A stretch of DNA of 58,187 nt from Nitrospinota bacterium. GTDB lineage: Bacteria > UBA8248. The notes under the pieces are model-generated. The model had not been told where the DNA came from. It saw nothing but the letters and a program-made list of their open reading frames with translations, and did not search any database. Shown here in pieces: positions 28,163 through 37,804 of this stretch (positions are counted from its first letter, which is position 1; each line of letters begins with the position of its first letter). Both the position numbers and the translations under genes were made by a program. The stretch is from NCBI GenBank assembly GCA_030754595.1, contig JASLZZ010000030.1, forward strand, positions 1 through 58,187, in the 5' to 3' direction.

Positions 28163-28954
28163 ATGCCGACCGTGAATGTCAACGGCTTGAACCTGAACTA
28201 TCTAGTCCAAGGAGCGGGCCCTCCTATTATTCTCTCGCACGGCTTTCAAAATTCCGGTTTTGCCTTTACTCCCATTTCGGGCCGCCTTGCGGAACAGTTT
28301 CAGGTATTTGCCTTGGACAAGCGGGGGCACGGAGATTCGGACAAGCCGCCCGGTCCCTACCGCATTCAGGATTTCGCGGATGATTTGCTCGGGTTCCTAG
28401 GTGCTCTGGACCTTGAGAAGGTTGACTTCCTCGGTCACAGCATGGGCGGGAGGACGGGCACCCTATTTGCCATCGAACACAGCGACCGATTGAACAGGCT
28501 GATGCTGGTTTCATCCTCGGCGGGTGCTCCCTCCGGCGCATACCGGGAGCATTTTGAGGTTCTGCACCAATTATCCATCAAAGAAGGAATGGAGGCGGTA
28601 TTCAATCACCACGAGTTTCGAAGGCTCCTTCCTCCAAAAATGCTCGAAGGACCGCTCGCGGGGGAATATAAAAATCGTTTTTTGAAAAACACTCCGGAAA
28701 CGTATGCCGCGACAGCGAACGCGCTATTCACCATGCCGGACCTGACGGGGCGCCTCAGCGAGATCTCCGTGCCCACCTGGCTCTGCTATGGAGAAAACGA
28801 TCCGGGGCCCCTCGATTTTAGCGATATTTATTTGGAGCGTATTCCCAATTGCACGCGAGCCATCCTTACAGGTTCCGGCCATTTTCCGATCTGGGACGCA
28901 ACGGAATCCCTGATGGAGGGGATAGATGAATTCTTGACGAAACTCCCCATCTAA
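28163..28954 (+). CDS. Alpha/beta-fold hydrolase.
   Basis: The nucleophile elbow GHSMGG and the HGF oxyanion motif are present. An AAGGAG RBS precedes the ATG at 28163. Confidence 0.8.
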   Translation: MPTVNVNGLNLNYLVQGAGPPIILSHGFQNSGFAFTPISGRLAEQFQVFALDKRGHGDSDKPPGPYRIQDFADDLLGFLGALDLEKVDFLGHSMGGRTGTLFAIEHSDRLNRLMLVSSSAGAPSGAYREHFEVLHQLSIKEGMEAVFNHHEFRRLLPPKMLEGPLAGEYKNRFLKNTPETYAATANALFTMPDLTGRLSEISVPTWLCYGENDPGPLDFSDIYLERIPNCTRAILTGSGHFPIWDATESLMEGIDEFLTKLPI

Positions 28955-28972
28955 TAGGGCTCGCATAAGAAC

Positions 28973-28999
28973 AAAGCCCCCCTCGAGAGAGGGGGCTTT
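28973..28999. terminator. Bidirectional rho-independent terminator between the convergent genes: AAAGCCCCC-loop-GGGGGCTTT, flanked by A and T runs.
   Basis: A 9-bp GC-rich stem is followed by TTTGTTGTTT on the plus strand and by an A-run on the minus strand. Confidence 0.55.
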
Positions 29000-29029
29000 G
29001 TTGTTTCCGGTAAATTTTGAAAACAACAG

Positions 29030-30010
29030 CTACATCATGCCGGCTCCTTTCCAGTAGCGAATCGCGCCCGGATGGAGTTTGACTTTTTTCAGGCCGCGCA
29101 GGCCGGTCTTCTTGGTGATGAACTTTCCGACCGGGTGGTATTTCGTGATCTGCTTGGTGTTGTCAAAAAGGGCTTTCACGAACCCGTAGGCCAGATCGTT
29201 GCTCATCTTGCTGCTGACCATCAAGGCCCACATCTGTCCCCATGTCACAACCGGCTTGTCAAAGCCCGGAATCGAGCCCGGAGCCAATACGTCGCGCACG
29301 ATGCCGGCCTCGCCGTCGGCGAGTTTCTTGATCGTCGCTTCGTCGGGCCCGAAGAAATGAAGCTTGCCCGAGAGCGTGCGGGCCAGATCCATGTATACGG
29401 GGGCGGGGACGCCGCCGTTCAGGAAGAAGAAGCCCGCGTCAACGCGCTGGTCCTTGATCGCTGCGGCGTTCTGTGGGTTGGAGAAGAACTCGCGTTTCAC
29501 TTTCTTGAACATGCCGCTGTGCTTCAGGGCGATCTGGGTGACAATGTAAATTGAGCCGCCGCGTGCGCCTACGACGAACCTTTTACCGTCAAGGTCGGCC
29601 CACTTCTTGATGCCGGAGGTTTTGTAGGATGCGTAAACGATGGTCAGCGGATAGAGCGCTCCAAGCGCCAGGACGTCCTGCGGTTTTTTGAAGGGTTTCC
29701 TGCCGGTTTGCCCCCAGGCCACGGCCGGCGCGGTGCCCATGCCAACGCGGAAGGCCCGGGTTTTACTTTTTTTCTGAAGTGTGCGGATGTTGGCGGTCGA
29801 TCCGCCCGTGATCGAAGCCGAGACTTCTATCTTTCCGCCCGAATTGTCGGTGATGACCTTTCCCATGGCGGTGCCCACCTCGAAGGTGGCGCCGCCCGGA
29901 TGGGATGTTTGCAGCAAAACCTTCGCGGCGGCACTTGCCATTGGCGCGGCCCCGAGAATCAGGGCGAAACCCGCCGCAAACGTGACCATGTGAAGCATTA
30001 ATTTTTTCAT
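29030..30010 (-). CDS. TAXI-family TRAP transporter solute-binding protein.
   Basis: Signal peptide MKKLMLHMVTFAAGFALILGAAPMASA. The TAXI-type periplasmic domain is present. An RBS GAGGAG is upstream. Confidence 0.8.
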   Translation of the reverse strand: MKKLMLHMVTFAAGFALILGAAPMASAAAKVLLQTSHPGGATFEVGTAMGKVITDNSGGKIEVSASITGGSTANIRTLQKKSKTRAFRVGMGTAPAVAWGQTGRKPFKKPQDVLALGALYPLTIVYASYKTSGIKKWADLDGKRFVVGARGGSIYIVTQIALKHSGMFKKVKREFFSNPQNAAAIKDQRVDAGFFFLNGGVPAPVYMDLARTLSGKLHFFGPDEATIKKLADGEAGIVRDVLAPGSIPGFDKPVVTWGQMWALMVSSKMSNDLAYGFVKALFDNTKQITKYHPVGKFITKKTGLRGLKKVKLHPGAIRYWKGAGMM

Positions 30011-30282
30011 CGGATTCTCCTCTTTTAAGATAAGAAAGGGATGCAAAAAATTAATACACCCCAGATTTCAGTTCCGCCCCCAGGGCGAAGGGTTGATGTC
30101 TCAAATATGTTGGTATTAGACATTAGATAGAAAGTTCGTGGGATGGTCAAGTATGAAAAATTGGAACAAGTAGGGCTTGGAAGCTGGCAAAAGGGTAGTA
30201 TATTCCGCTAGAATACCGGCGTTTCCCTGAAGCGACACTGCCCTCGATACCTTTTTCTGTTTACGCAGCGGAAGGAAAATTC

Positions 30283-33200
30283 ATGAGTTCCGATCTGGAC
30301 TCCGCAAGCAAACGCGCGCCCCTTGTTCGCGGCCTTGTTTTTGCCGCCTCCTGGGTGGCGGTTCTTTCCGGCCTTTACCACATATCGGCGGTTTATCTTC
30401 GCCCGCTTCCGGGCGAGATGCATCCGAACATGCATTTACTACTGGCCTTCACCATTCTTCTGATTGGCGGCGCCGGCGCAATGCACGAGGTGTACGGCGA
30501 TAAAATCAGAAAGCTGAATATACTTCCCGTTCTTTATATTCTTTCCCTCCTGCCGGCGGTTTTCTTTTTTTACTTCGTCGGCGAGATAGGAGAAGGCTGG
30601 TCCGATCAAAATGTAATTTGGGTGTATGCCCTGCCGTTCGTCTTGTGGGCCGCGATGATGGCGATGGAACGCGCCTGGCTGGCGCTCGTGCTCTGGGCAC
30701 TGGGGTTCGTGCCGTTTTTCTTCCTGGTGGCCAATTGGAGCGCTTTGTCGGAGACTAACCAGGGGCCGACTTTCTGGTGGTTTCTCATGGCCTCGGCCAT
30801 TCCGGTGATGTGGACGCTGTTCGGCGTTTTCTACCGGCCCGCCGAGGGGCTGCGCAAGGCCGCCCTTCCTCTAGCCGCGTTTATCGCTTGTCTTTTTCTG
30901 GCCGCCTGGCGAATCGGCATCTGGGCCGGTCTGCCCGATGAGGTTCGAAGCGTTTTTTATCTCTGGCCGGCTTTTCTTCTGGTCATTCCCCTGATCTGGT
31001 CCCAAAGAAAATTCGGGGCGAATTTCGCCGACTATCCCAGCTATCCCTATCCCGCCGGGCTGACAATCGGTCTGAATGCCGGAATGCTCGTTTATGCCGT
31101 TGTCGCCAGTCTTTATCTTTTCTGGTTTCACGAGGAGATGACCGATCGCCCCGCCGCGCCCACCTTCGCGGATACGCGTGTGGGATTCGTCATGATAGTC
31201 GTTGCGCTGGAATTGACCCGCCGCTGCTTCGGCCCGCCCCTGCCCACCCTTGCCATCATCTCTCTTACCTACGGGATCTGGGGAAATCTCTTCGCGCCTC
31301 CGTTCGGGCACGGCGGCCATGACTGGGTTGATCTTCTGAGTAAGCTCTCGACGGATTTCATCGGCGGCCTTTTTGGATTCCTGGTCATTATATCGTCGAC
31401 ATTCATCATCATGTTCCTCCTCCTCGGCGCATTTTTGCACGAATCGGGGGCGGCCCAATTTTTCGTGAATTTCGCCCTGGGGCTGTTCGGCCGGTTGCGC
31501 GCCGGCGCCGGACTCGCGGCCGTGGGCGCGAGCGCGTTGATGGGCACCGTATCGGGCAGCGCCTCGGGAAATGTCGTGACGACGGGGACGTTCACCATCC
31601 CGCTCATGAAGCGAATCGGCCTGAGCCCCCACATCGCGGGCGCGGCGGAGGCGGCCGCCAGCAGCGGCGGGCAGATCATGCCTCCCGTCATGGGCGCGGG
31701 CGCCTTCATCATGAGCGAGCTGATCGAGGTGCCGTATTTTCAAATCATCATCTACGCCACGATCCCGGCGGTTTTGTATTTCACCATAGTGGGCATCAAC
31801 ATCCATTTCGCCGCCGGGGCGCTTGCGATCAAGCCACTCCCGCCCGAGGAGATCCCCGACTGGCGGGCGGAGCTCAAGAGCGGCTGGTTCTATCTCGTTC
31901 CGCTGGCGTTCCTGGTTTTTTTCCTGTTCGAGGGGAGAACGCCGGTTTTCGCGGGCGTCATGTCGGTGTTCGTCATGGTCGGTGTGTGGATGTACCGGAA
32001 TTCCTCGCAATTTCTGGGTGGATTCAGGAGCGGAGACAAGACGATTCCCGATGACGTGTTCGTTTTCGTCCCCGTGACCTTTTGGGTGTTCGGGTTTTTG
32101 CTTTTCTCCGTTTTGAACGGTTTGGAGGCCTGGCTGGAGTGGCCCCTCGGCCTTCGGGGCGCACCGGCGGTGGGGGCGTCGATCCGGGCGGCGCTCGTAT
32201 TGGGAATCGTGGGCGCTGTACTGGCAATAATTTTTACCCGTATGAGCGCGGTGGGCGCGGATTTCTGGAATGAAATTCAACGGGGCTGGCTGGTGATCTA
32301 CCCCATCGCCGCCCTGGGCTTGTGGGTGGCGTTTGGCTGGACGTCGGGGGTTACCGGCGGCTTCATTGTTCTCGCGGCTCTGGGCGTTCTCGCCGTCGTC
32401 CGCGGAAACCTATCTCAACCCGCCACCGTCATTCCCTGGGCGTTTGTTCTTATCTGGGCGATTGCCTATCAGCTCCAAATCGTCCTTTATTGGGTTCTTC
32501 CCTGGATATCGGAACTCGGCGAGTGGGTGACGCCGTTCGGGTTTGTCTATCATTCTCTCATCTTCTTCGGGGTCGCCCTTTTAATCCAGAAATTGATTCT
32601 CGCCAGGGGAGAAAGCGGCGCCGGCCGCACGGTCCCGGACACCGGCGATGCGCCGGACGCCGTGCCGAGCATCCGCCAGGTGGCCGCGATTTCCTGCAAC
32701 CCGTTTTTTTACCTGAGGCACGTCAAGCGCGAGGGCCGCGAAGAGGGGGCCGACGTTGAGGCGGCCGAGGGCGCGGCCGAATGGCTCGATAGGATACGCC
32801 ATGCGCTGCGCGTGGGCGGAAGGCAGGGAGCGGAATTCGGAGTCACCCTGGTCACTATCGATATCGTCGTCACCGTTTTCACGATCACCGGAATCGGCAA
32901 CAAATTCGCTTATTTGATCGAATCGCTTTCCAGTGACGTATGCATTATCGCACCCTCGGTAGGCGGCGGGTGTGCCTACTATTTGGGTTTCGATGGTTTT
33001 TTCGTGGCTTTGCTCCTGACGGCCGTTAGTTGCGCTATTCTCGGAATGGGAATGCCCACGACCGCCGCCTACGTTTTGCTCGCCATCCTCGGCGGCCCGG
33101 TTTTAATTAAACTCGTGGGGCCGGAGCTTACCCATATTTACGGCGCCGAATGGGCCAAGGAATTTCTCGCGGCCAAGGGAGATCGGGTGGCGTCTCATAT

Positions 33201-33630
33201 GTTCATTTTCTATTTCGCGATCCTCTCGGCGATTACGCCGCCCGTGGCCATCGCCTCGCTTGTGGGCGCGAAGCTGGCGGGTGCGCCCTATTTCAAGACT
33301 TCCATGATGTCCCTGCGGTTCGCCATCGTGGGTTTTGTCGTCCCCTTCTTGTTCATGTTCGAGCCCGCGTTGCTTGCATTAGGGCATCCCGGCCGCGTGG
33401 CGTTCTCGGCCGTGATGACCCTGCTGGCGTTCGTGGCGTTTTCCGCCGGGACCCAGGGATGGCTTCTTTCGAAGCTCTACCTTTACGAAAGTATTCTGCT
33501 CTATGCCTGCTTCGCCGTTTTAATCCTCTTCATCATCTTCCACAGCTTTATCATGCTGGCCGTCGGGCTCGTCCTCGGCGGCATTCCGCTGGTTCGCCAG
33601 ATGAGAGAAATGAGGCTGGCGAGCGGTTAA
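30283..33630 (+). CDS. TRAP transporter fused permease (TAXI-associated, 4TM-12TM type), unusually long at 1115 aa.
   Basis: A DctQ-like N-terminus (LYHISAVYLRPLPGEMHPNMHLL) and a DctM-like large domain are present. Extra TM insertions and a ~60-aa hydrophilic loop are also present. Confidence 0.8.
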   Translation: MSSDLDSASKRAPLVRGLVFAASWVAVLSGLYHISAVYLRPLPGEMHPNMHLLLAFTILLIGGAGAMHEVYGDKIRKLNILPVLYILSLLPAVFFFYFVGEIGEGWSDQNVIWVYALPFVLWAAMMAMERAWLALVLWALGFVPFFFLVANWSALSETNQGPTFWWFLMASAIPVMWTLFGVFYRPAEGLRKAALPLAAFIACLFLAAWRIGIWAGLPDEVRSVFYLWPAFLLVIPLIWSQRKFGANFADYPSYPYPAGLTIGLNAGMLVYAVVASLYLFWFHEEMTDRPAAPTFADTRVGFVMIVVALELTRRCFGPPLPTLAIISLTYGIWGNLFAPPFGHGGHDWVDLLSKLSTDFIGGLFGFLVIISSTFIIMFLLLGAFLHESGAAQFFVNFALGLFGRLRAGAGLAAVGASALMGTVSGSASGNVVTTGTFTIPLMKRIGLSPHIAGAAEAAASSGGQIMPPVMGAGAFIMSELIEVPYFQIIIYATIPAVLYFTIVGINIHFAAGALAIKPLPPEEIPDWRAELKSGWFYLVPLAFLVFFLFEGRTPVFAGVMSVFVMVGVWMYRNSSQFLGGFRSGDKTIPDDVFVFVPVTFWVFGFLLFSVLNGLEAWLEWPLGLRGAPAVGASIRAALVLGIVGAVLAIIFTRMSAVGADFWNEIQRGWLVIYPIAALGLWVAFGWTSGVTGGFIVLAALGVLAVVRGNLSQPATVIPWAFVLIWAIAYQLQIVLYWVLPWISELGEWVTPFGFVYHSLIFFGVALLIQKLILARGESGAGRTVPDTGDAPDAVPSIRQVAAISCNPFFYLRHVKREGREEGADVEAAEGAAEWLDRIRHALRVGGRQGAEFGVTLVTIDIVVTVFTITGIGNKFAYLIESLSSDVCIIAPSVGGGCAYYLGFDGFFVALLLTAVSCAILGMGMPTTAAYVLLAILGGPVLIKLVGPELTHIYGAEWAKEFLAAKGDRVASHMFIFYFAILSAITPPVAIASLVGAKLAGAPYFKTSMMSLRFAIVGFVVPFLFMFEPALLALGHPGRVAFSAVMTLLAFVAFSAGTQGWLLSKLYLYESILLYACFAVLILFIIFHSFIMLAVGLVLGGIPLVRQMREMRLASG

Positions 33631-33679
33631 CGGCTGTTTTCCATAACCATCTCCTTGCCCAGATTCCGCGAGGTTGAGC

Positions 33680-34918
33680 ATGCTCTTTAACCGGGAACGC
33701 GCCCTGGAGTTCATGACCGAGTTCGGTCTGGACGCCCTGCTGGCGACCACGCGCCACAATGTCCTCTACCTCTCGGGGTTTCAGGGGTGGGCGCAGTACA
33801 CCTATGGCGACGCGACAACCCAAACTTTCGCGATTTTTTTCAGGGACACCGGTGTGGCGCCCGCTCTTATCGTCTCCCGTCAGGATGAAACTTATTACTC
33901 GGCCACCGGGTCATGGATAGAGGATGTCCGTGGATACGGGCCCCACTCGGCGCTCGACATTGAGCCGGGTGAGCAGGGAACGACGGATGAAGAGCGGAAT
34001 TACCTGAGCCTTATCGGCGAGGGCGCTCCGAGGGAAGCGAATTCCGTCGATGCGCTCGTGCGGGTGTTGAGCGAGCGGGGAATATCGACCGGTAATATCG
34101 CCATCGACAACGAAGGTATCCGGCCTGCCTCCCGGGCCAGCTTGGAGGCGGCGTTTCCGGACATTTCTTTTCACGACGGGGCGAATCTATTTCGGCTGAT
34201 ACGTCTTCAGAAGACCGCCGAGGAAGTGGAGCGGCTCAGGGCCGCCGCCACTCTGAACGAGGAGGCATTGTCCGCCTTTCATGCCGAGCTGGCGGTGGGG
34301 AAAACCGAACGTGAGATCGCTAGCCACTACTATCGGATCGTCGCGGCGGGAGGCGGGAAGTGGAGCTGGTTCCATCTCGGGGGCGGGCGCCGTTCGGCCT
34401 CGATCTTTCCGCCTTCGGAGCGCCCGTTTCAGGCGGACGACGGGTTCTTTTTCGATGCCGGCATGCGGCTGGAGCACTACTGCGGGGATGTGGGTTGTTG
34501 CGGCTCCTTCGGCGAGCCCGGAGTGGAGCGAAAGGCGCAATGGGATGCCATCCAGGCGGGGCTGAAGGAAGCGTTTGAAACCATCAGGGCGGGGGTCAAG
34601 CCCTCGGAGATCTTCCGGGCCGCCGTAGCGGGTGCGAGAAAAGCAGGACTGCCAAATTACAATGGCGCATTCTGTGGCCACACGATAGGCATCGAAGCCC
34701 GAGAGCTTCCTTATACGCTCAGCGAGCCAACCCCACTGACCGACCCGTTTCTTCCCGAGTCGTCGGATATTCCTTTGCCGGCGGGGGCCGTTCTCTCTGT
34801 AGAACTGCCTTCTGGAAAATTCGGCGAAGGCGGTGTACACGCGGAATATACCGTTCTCGTCACCGAAACCGGGATGGAACACCTCGGCGCGGCGAAGCGG
34901 AAACATTTCGTGGTTTAA
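33680..34918 (+). CDS. M24-family metallopeptidase (Xaa-Pro aminopeptidase / creatinase-like).
   Basis: A creatinase-type N-terminal domain is followed by a pita-bread fold with metal ligands (D..D..H..E..E). Confidence 0.8.
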   Translation: MLFNRERALEFMTEFGLDALLATTRHNVLYLSGFQGWAQYTYGDATTQTFAIFFRDTGVAPALIVSRQDETYYSATGSWIEDVRGYGPHSALDIEPGEQGTTDEERNYLSLIGEGAPREANSVDALVRVLSERGISTGNIAIDNEGIRPASRASLEAAFPDISFHDGANLFRLIRLQKTAEEVERLRAAATLNEEALSAFHAELAVGKTEREIASHYYRIVAAGGGKWSWFHLGGGRRSASIFPPSERPFQADDGFFFDAGMRLEHYCGDVGCCGSFGEPGVERKAQWDAIQAGLKEAFETIRAGVKPSEIFRAAVAGARKAGLPNYNGAFCGHTIGIEARELPYTLSEPTPLTDPFLPESSDIPLPAGAVLSVELPSGKFGEGGVHAEYTVLVTETGMEHLGAAKRKHFVV

Positions 34919-34988
34919 GGTCGCCCTCGGCTCGACTTGACGTTTTTAGATTCCACCAAAATTTATCACCCAGCATCGGAGGCACTTT

Positions 34989-36701
34989 TTGAGCAACGCG
35001 GACCTTTCTTTTCTCCCGATAACGGAACTCTCTCCGGGTATCGCATCGGGCGATGTGAAATCGACCGAACTTCTCGAGGCCTGCATTGATCGGATAGAAA
35101 CGGATGACTCGCGGATCAATGCGTTCATTACGCGCACTTTCGATTTCGCCCGTGGGCGGGCCGCCTCCCTTGAAGAGGAAGCCCGGAAGGGAGATGTCCG
35201 GAGCCCGCTTCACGGGATTCCCGTAGCCATTAAGGATCTTTTCGACCTCGACGGGTTTCCGATGACGGCGGGCAGCCGGATTTTGAAGGACAACGTCTCC
35301 ACCGGAACGGCCGAAAGCGTCCGAAGGCTCATCGAGGCGGGCGTCGTCATCGTCGGCAAGACCAACCTTCAGGAATTCGCCCGGGGCGGCACTGGAGCCA
35401 ACTCGTTTTTCGGACCCACGCGGAACCCCTGGAACCTCAGGTGCTCGCCTGGAGGGAGCAGCAGCGGCTCGGCCGCGGCGGTGGCTTCGGGCATGGCGGT
35501 CGCCTCCCTTGGCTCCGACACAGGGGGCTCGGTGCGCCTGCCGGCGTCGTACTGCAATCTGGTGGGTATTCGCTCGACCTATGGGCGCGTGAGCCGGGCG
35601 GGGGCGGTTCCCCTGGGATTGAGTTTCGATAACGTGGGCCCCATCGCACGGACCGTCGAGGATGCGGCAATTATTCTTCAGGCCATGGCCGGTCCCGATC
35701 CCGAGGATCCCACCACGGGGTCGAAGCCTCCACCCGATATGAGCGCCATGTTGCACCGAGGGGTAGAGGGCCTGACCTTCGGAATGCCCACCAACCATTT
35801 CTGGCCGGGCCTTGAGCCCGAAGTCGAGGAAATAGTCCGTCAAGCGATGTCCGAGTTCGAGCGAATGGGCGCCAAAATCCGGGAGGTTGAGATCCCCTGG
35901 GCGAAGCTCGGACAAATCGCTTATACCGCGGTGGTAGGGCCCGAGAGCGCCGACCACCACCGAGAGTTTTTAAGGGACAGGCGCGATGAGTATGTTTCGC
36001 CGGGGGTTGATTTCTTCGAGCAGAGTCTGTTTATTCCGGGTTGGCGCTATGTTCAGGCCCAGCGCGCCCGGACGCTTTTTATTCGTCAGGCGGCCGAGGT
36101 ATTTCAGTCGGTGGACGCGATTTTGACGCCGACCTCCGCTATCGCACCACCTTCTATTGAAGACTGCCTGGATGGAATGAAAGTCTGGGGGGCCGTCAGC
36201 AATTGCACGGCGGCTTTCAGCACAATCGGCAATCCAACGCTCCAGATTCCATGTGGTTTTACAAAGGCAGGCCTACCCGTAGGCCTTCAGATAGCCGGAA
36301 GGTGGGGTGAGGAGGCTATGATTCTGGGTGTGGGCGCTGCTTTTGAAAAAAGGAGACCTTTGTGGAACAAACGTCCTTCAATGGAAGATAAAGACCAAGG
36401 ACAAGAAAGATTCTCACCCGTTTCGTCCGCTCCGGGAGGGGGTGACGAGCCCGCCGAAATTTCCGTCGATGACATTGAAAAAATCGCCAGCGGGATCGGC
36501 CACCGGGTTGACCCGGACCGCCTCGATGGCCTAGCGGCCGGAGTAAGCCTCCTGATGCGCCAGCTCGAGGAACTGGATAATCTCGATATCTCCGGGTGCG
36601 AGCGGGCCGAGACAATGAACCTTCTCGAGTTGAAAGCAGAGGATATATTGGACGCCCGATCTCGTCGCGGCACCACTTCTTGTGGCTCCGAGAATTTATG
36701 A
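34989..36701 (+). CDS. Amidase-signature (AS) family amidase with a ~100-aa C-terminal GatC-like extension.
   Basis: The AS motif GGSSSGSAAAVASGMAVASLGSDTGGSVR is present. The C-terminal tail ISVDDIEKIASGIGHRVDPDRLDGLAAGVSLLMRQLEELDNLDISG... resembles GatC (IEEV..VA.LARL...EE....L..IL.....L.E.D). The start is TTG. Confidence 0.75.
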   Translation: MSNADLSFLPITELSPGIASGDVKSTELLEACIDRIETDDSRINAFITRTFDFARGRAASLEEEARKGDVRSPLHGIPVAIKDLFDLDGFPMTAGSRILKDNVSTGTAESVRRLIEAGVVIVGKTNLQEFARGGTGANSFFGPTRNPWNLRCSPGGSSSGSAAAVASGMAVASLGSDTGGSVRLPASYCNLVGIRSTYGRVSRAGAVPLGLSFDNVGPIARTVEDAAIILQAMAGPDPEDPTTGSKPPPDMSAMLHRGVEGLTFGMPTNHFWPGLEPEVEEIVRQAMSEFERMGAKIREVEIPWAKLGQIAYTAVVGPESADHHREFLRDRRDEYVSPGVDFFEQSLFIPGWRYVQAQRARTLFIRQAAEVFQSVDAILTPTSAIAPPSIEDCLDGMKVWGAVSNCTAAFSTIGNPTLQIPCGFTKAGLPVGLQIAGRWGEEAMILGVGAAFEKRRPLWNKRPSMEDKDQGQERFSPVSSAPGGGDEPAEISVDDIEKIASGIGHRVDPDRLDGLAAGVSLLMRQLEELDNLDISGCERAETMNLLELKAEDILDARSRRGTTSCGSENL

Positions 36702-36869
36702 ATACTCTTTTTGATACAACCTGCTGCCGGCACTCAAATCGAAGTGACCGACCAATCAAGCAGATAAGAGAAATTTTGCGTGCAAGTCACATTGCCGGAG
36801 TTTATTTCAAACACCAATCGCCGCTTGAGCAAGAATTCGCTATGCACATGCGGATCAAAAATCCCGCCC

Positions 36870-37793
36870 TTAGAAAATCTCGTGTTCTTTCATTCGCAGG
36901 ATGAGTATTTTGATTCTTTTATCTAGCGTTTTCTTCGCCGAATCCTCGTCCCAGCGATAAAACCCTTGACCGCTCTTGATTCCCAGTTCTCCTTTTTCCA
37001 CTTTTTCCCTCAAAAGCGAAGAAGGAGAATCCCTATTGTCCAGGTCCCCTTGAAGATATCCATGGATATTCATAAAGACATCAAGACCGGAAGCGTCCAT
37101 CCCGGCAAAAACCGGCAGAATCCCGAAATTGTAGGCCACCTTGTCAATGTCCTCGGGCGAGGCGATTCCTCTCTCCAGCATGTAAATCGCCTCTCGCCTG
37201 ATAGCTGTCGAAATTCTCACGCCGATATGACCAAGGGTCTCCTTAACCAAAACGACATCCTTGCCAATTTCTTCCAGAAGTTTTTTGGTGAGTCGATAAG
37301 TATCCTCGGAGGTTTCCTCTCCCCTGACGACTTCCACCACCGGCCTGAGGGGAGTGGGCGTATAATGATGAGCGACTATCAACTTATCTTTTCGTCTGGC
37401 GTTTTTCCCGATTTCCGTAAGCCGAAGTCCGGATGTGTCCGAGGCGAGGACGGTGTGGGGCGGACAAAGGGCGTCAAGCTTTTCGAAAATCTCCTGTTTT
37501 AACGGAAGATCCTCCGATACGGACTCCATTACGTAGTCCGCGGCCGAGACAGCTTCCTCGAAGTCAATCACCGGATGGATGCGGGAGAGCGCTTCTTGAG
37601 CTTCCTTGCCTGTGTACAGTCCATTGTCTTCGAACAGATCAAGGTAGAAACGAACTCTCTCCATCGCCGAGGAGGAACTTTGCCGCGACCTGTTGTAGAT
37701 GGATACCTGATAGCCCCCACGAGCAAACTGGATCGCCAACCCCTGGCCCACGTATCCGCCGCCAATGACGGCTATTCGCCTGATGCCATCCAT
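36870..37793 (-). CDS. 3-hydroxyacyl-CoA dehydrogenase (NAD-binding), HBD-like.
   Basis: The N-terminal Rossmann motif IAVIGGGYVGQG and the 3HCDH C-terminal domain are present. Confidence 0.85.
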   Translation of the reverse strand: MDGIRRIAVIGGGYVGQGLAIQFARGGYQVSIYNRSRQSSSSAMERVRFYLDLFEDNGLYTGKEAQEALSRIHPVIDFEEAVSAADYVMESVSEDLPLKQEIFEKLDALCPPHTVLASDTSGLRLTEIGKNARRKDKLIVAHHYTPTPLRPVVEVVRGEETSEDTYRLTKKLLEEIGKDVVLVKETLGHIGVRISTAIRREAIYMLERGIASPEDIDKVAYNFGILPVFAGMDASGLDVFMNIHGYLQGDLDNRDSPSSLLREKVEKGELGIKSGQGFYRWDEDSAKKTLDKRIKILILRMKEHEIF

Positions 37794-37804
37794 CTTTCCT
37801 CCCT

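Noticed and set aside
30871-32280. A 469-aa minus-strand ORF inside the TRAP permease gene.
   Set aside because: It is an antisense shadow, highly charged and low-complexity. The sense strand encodes a coherent polytopic permease.
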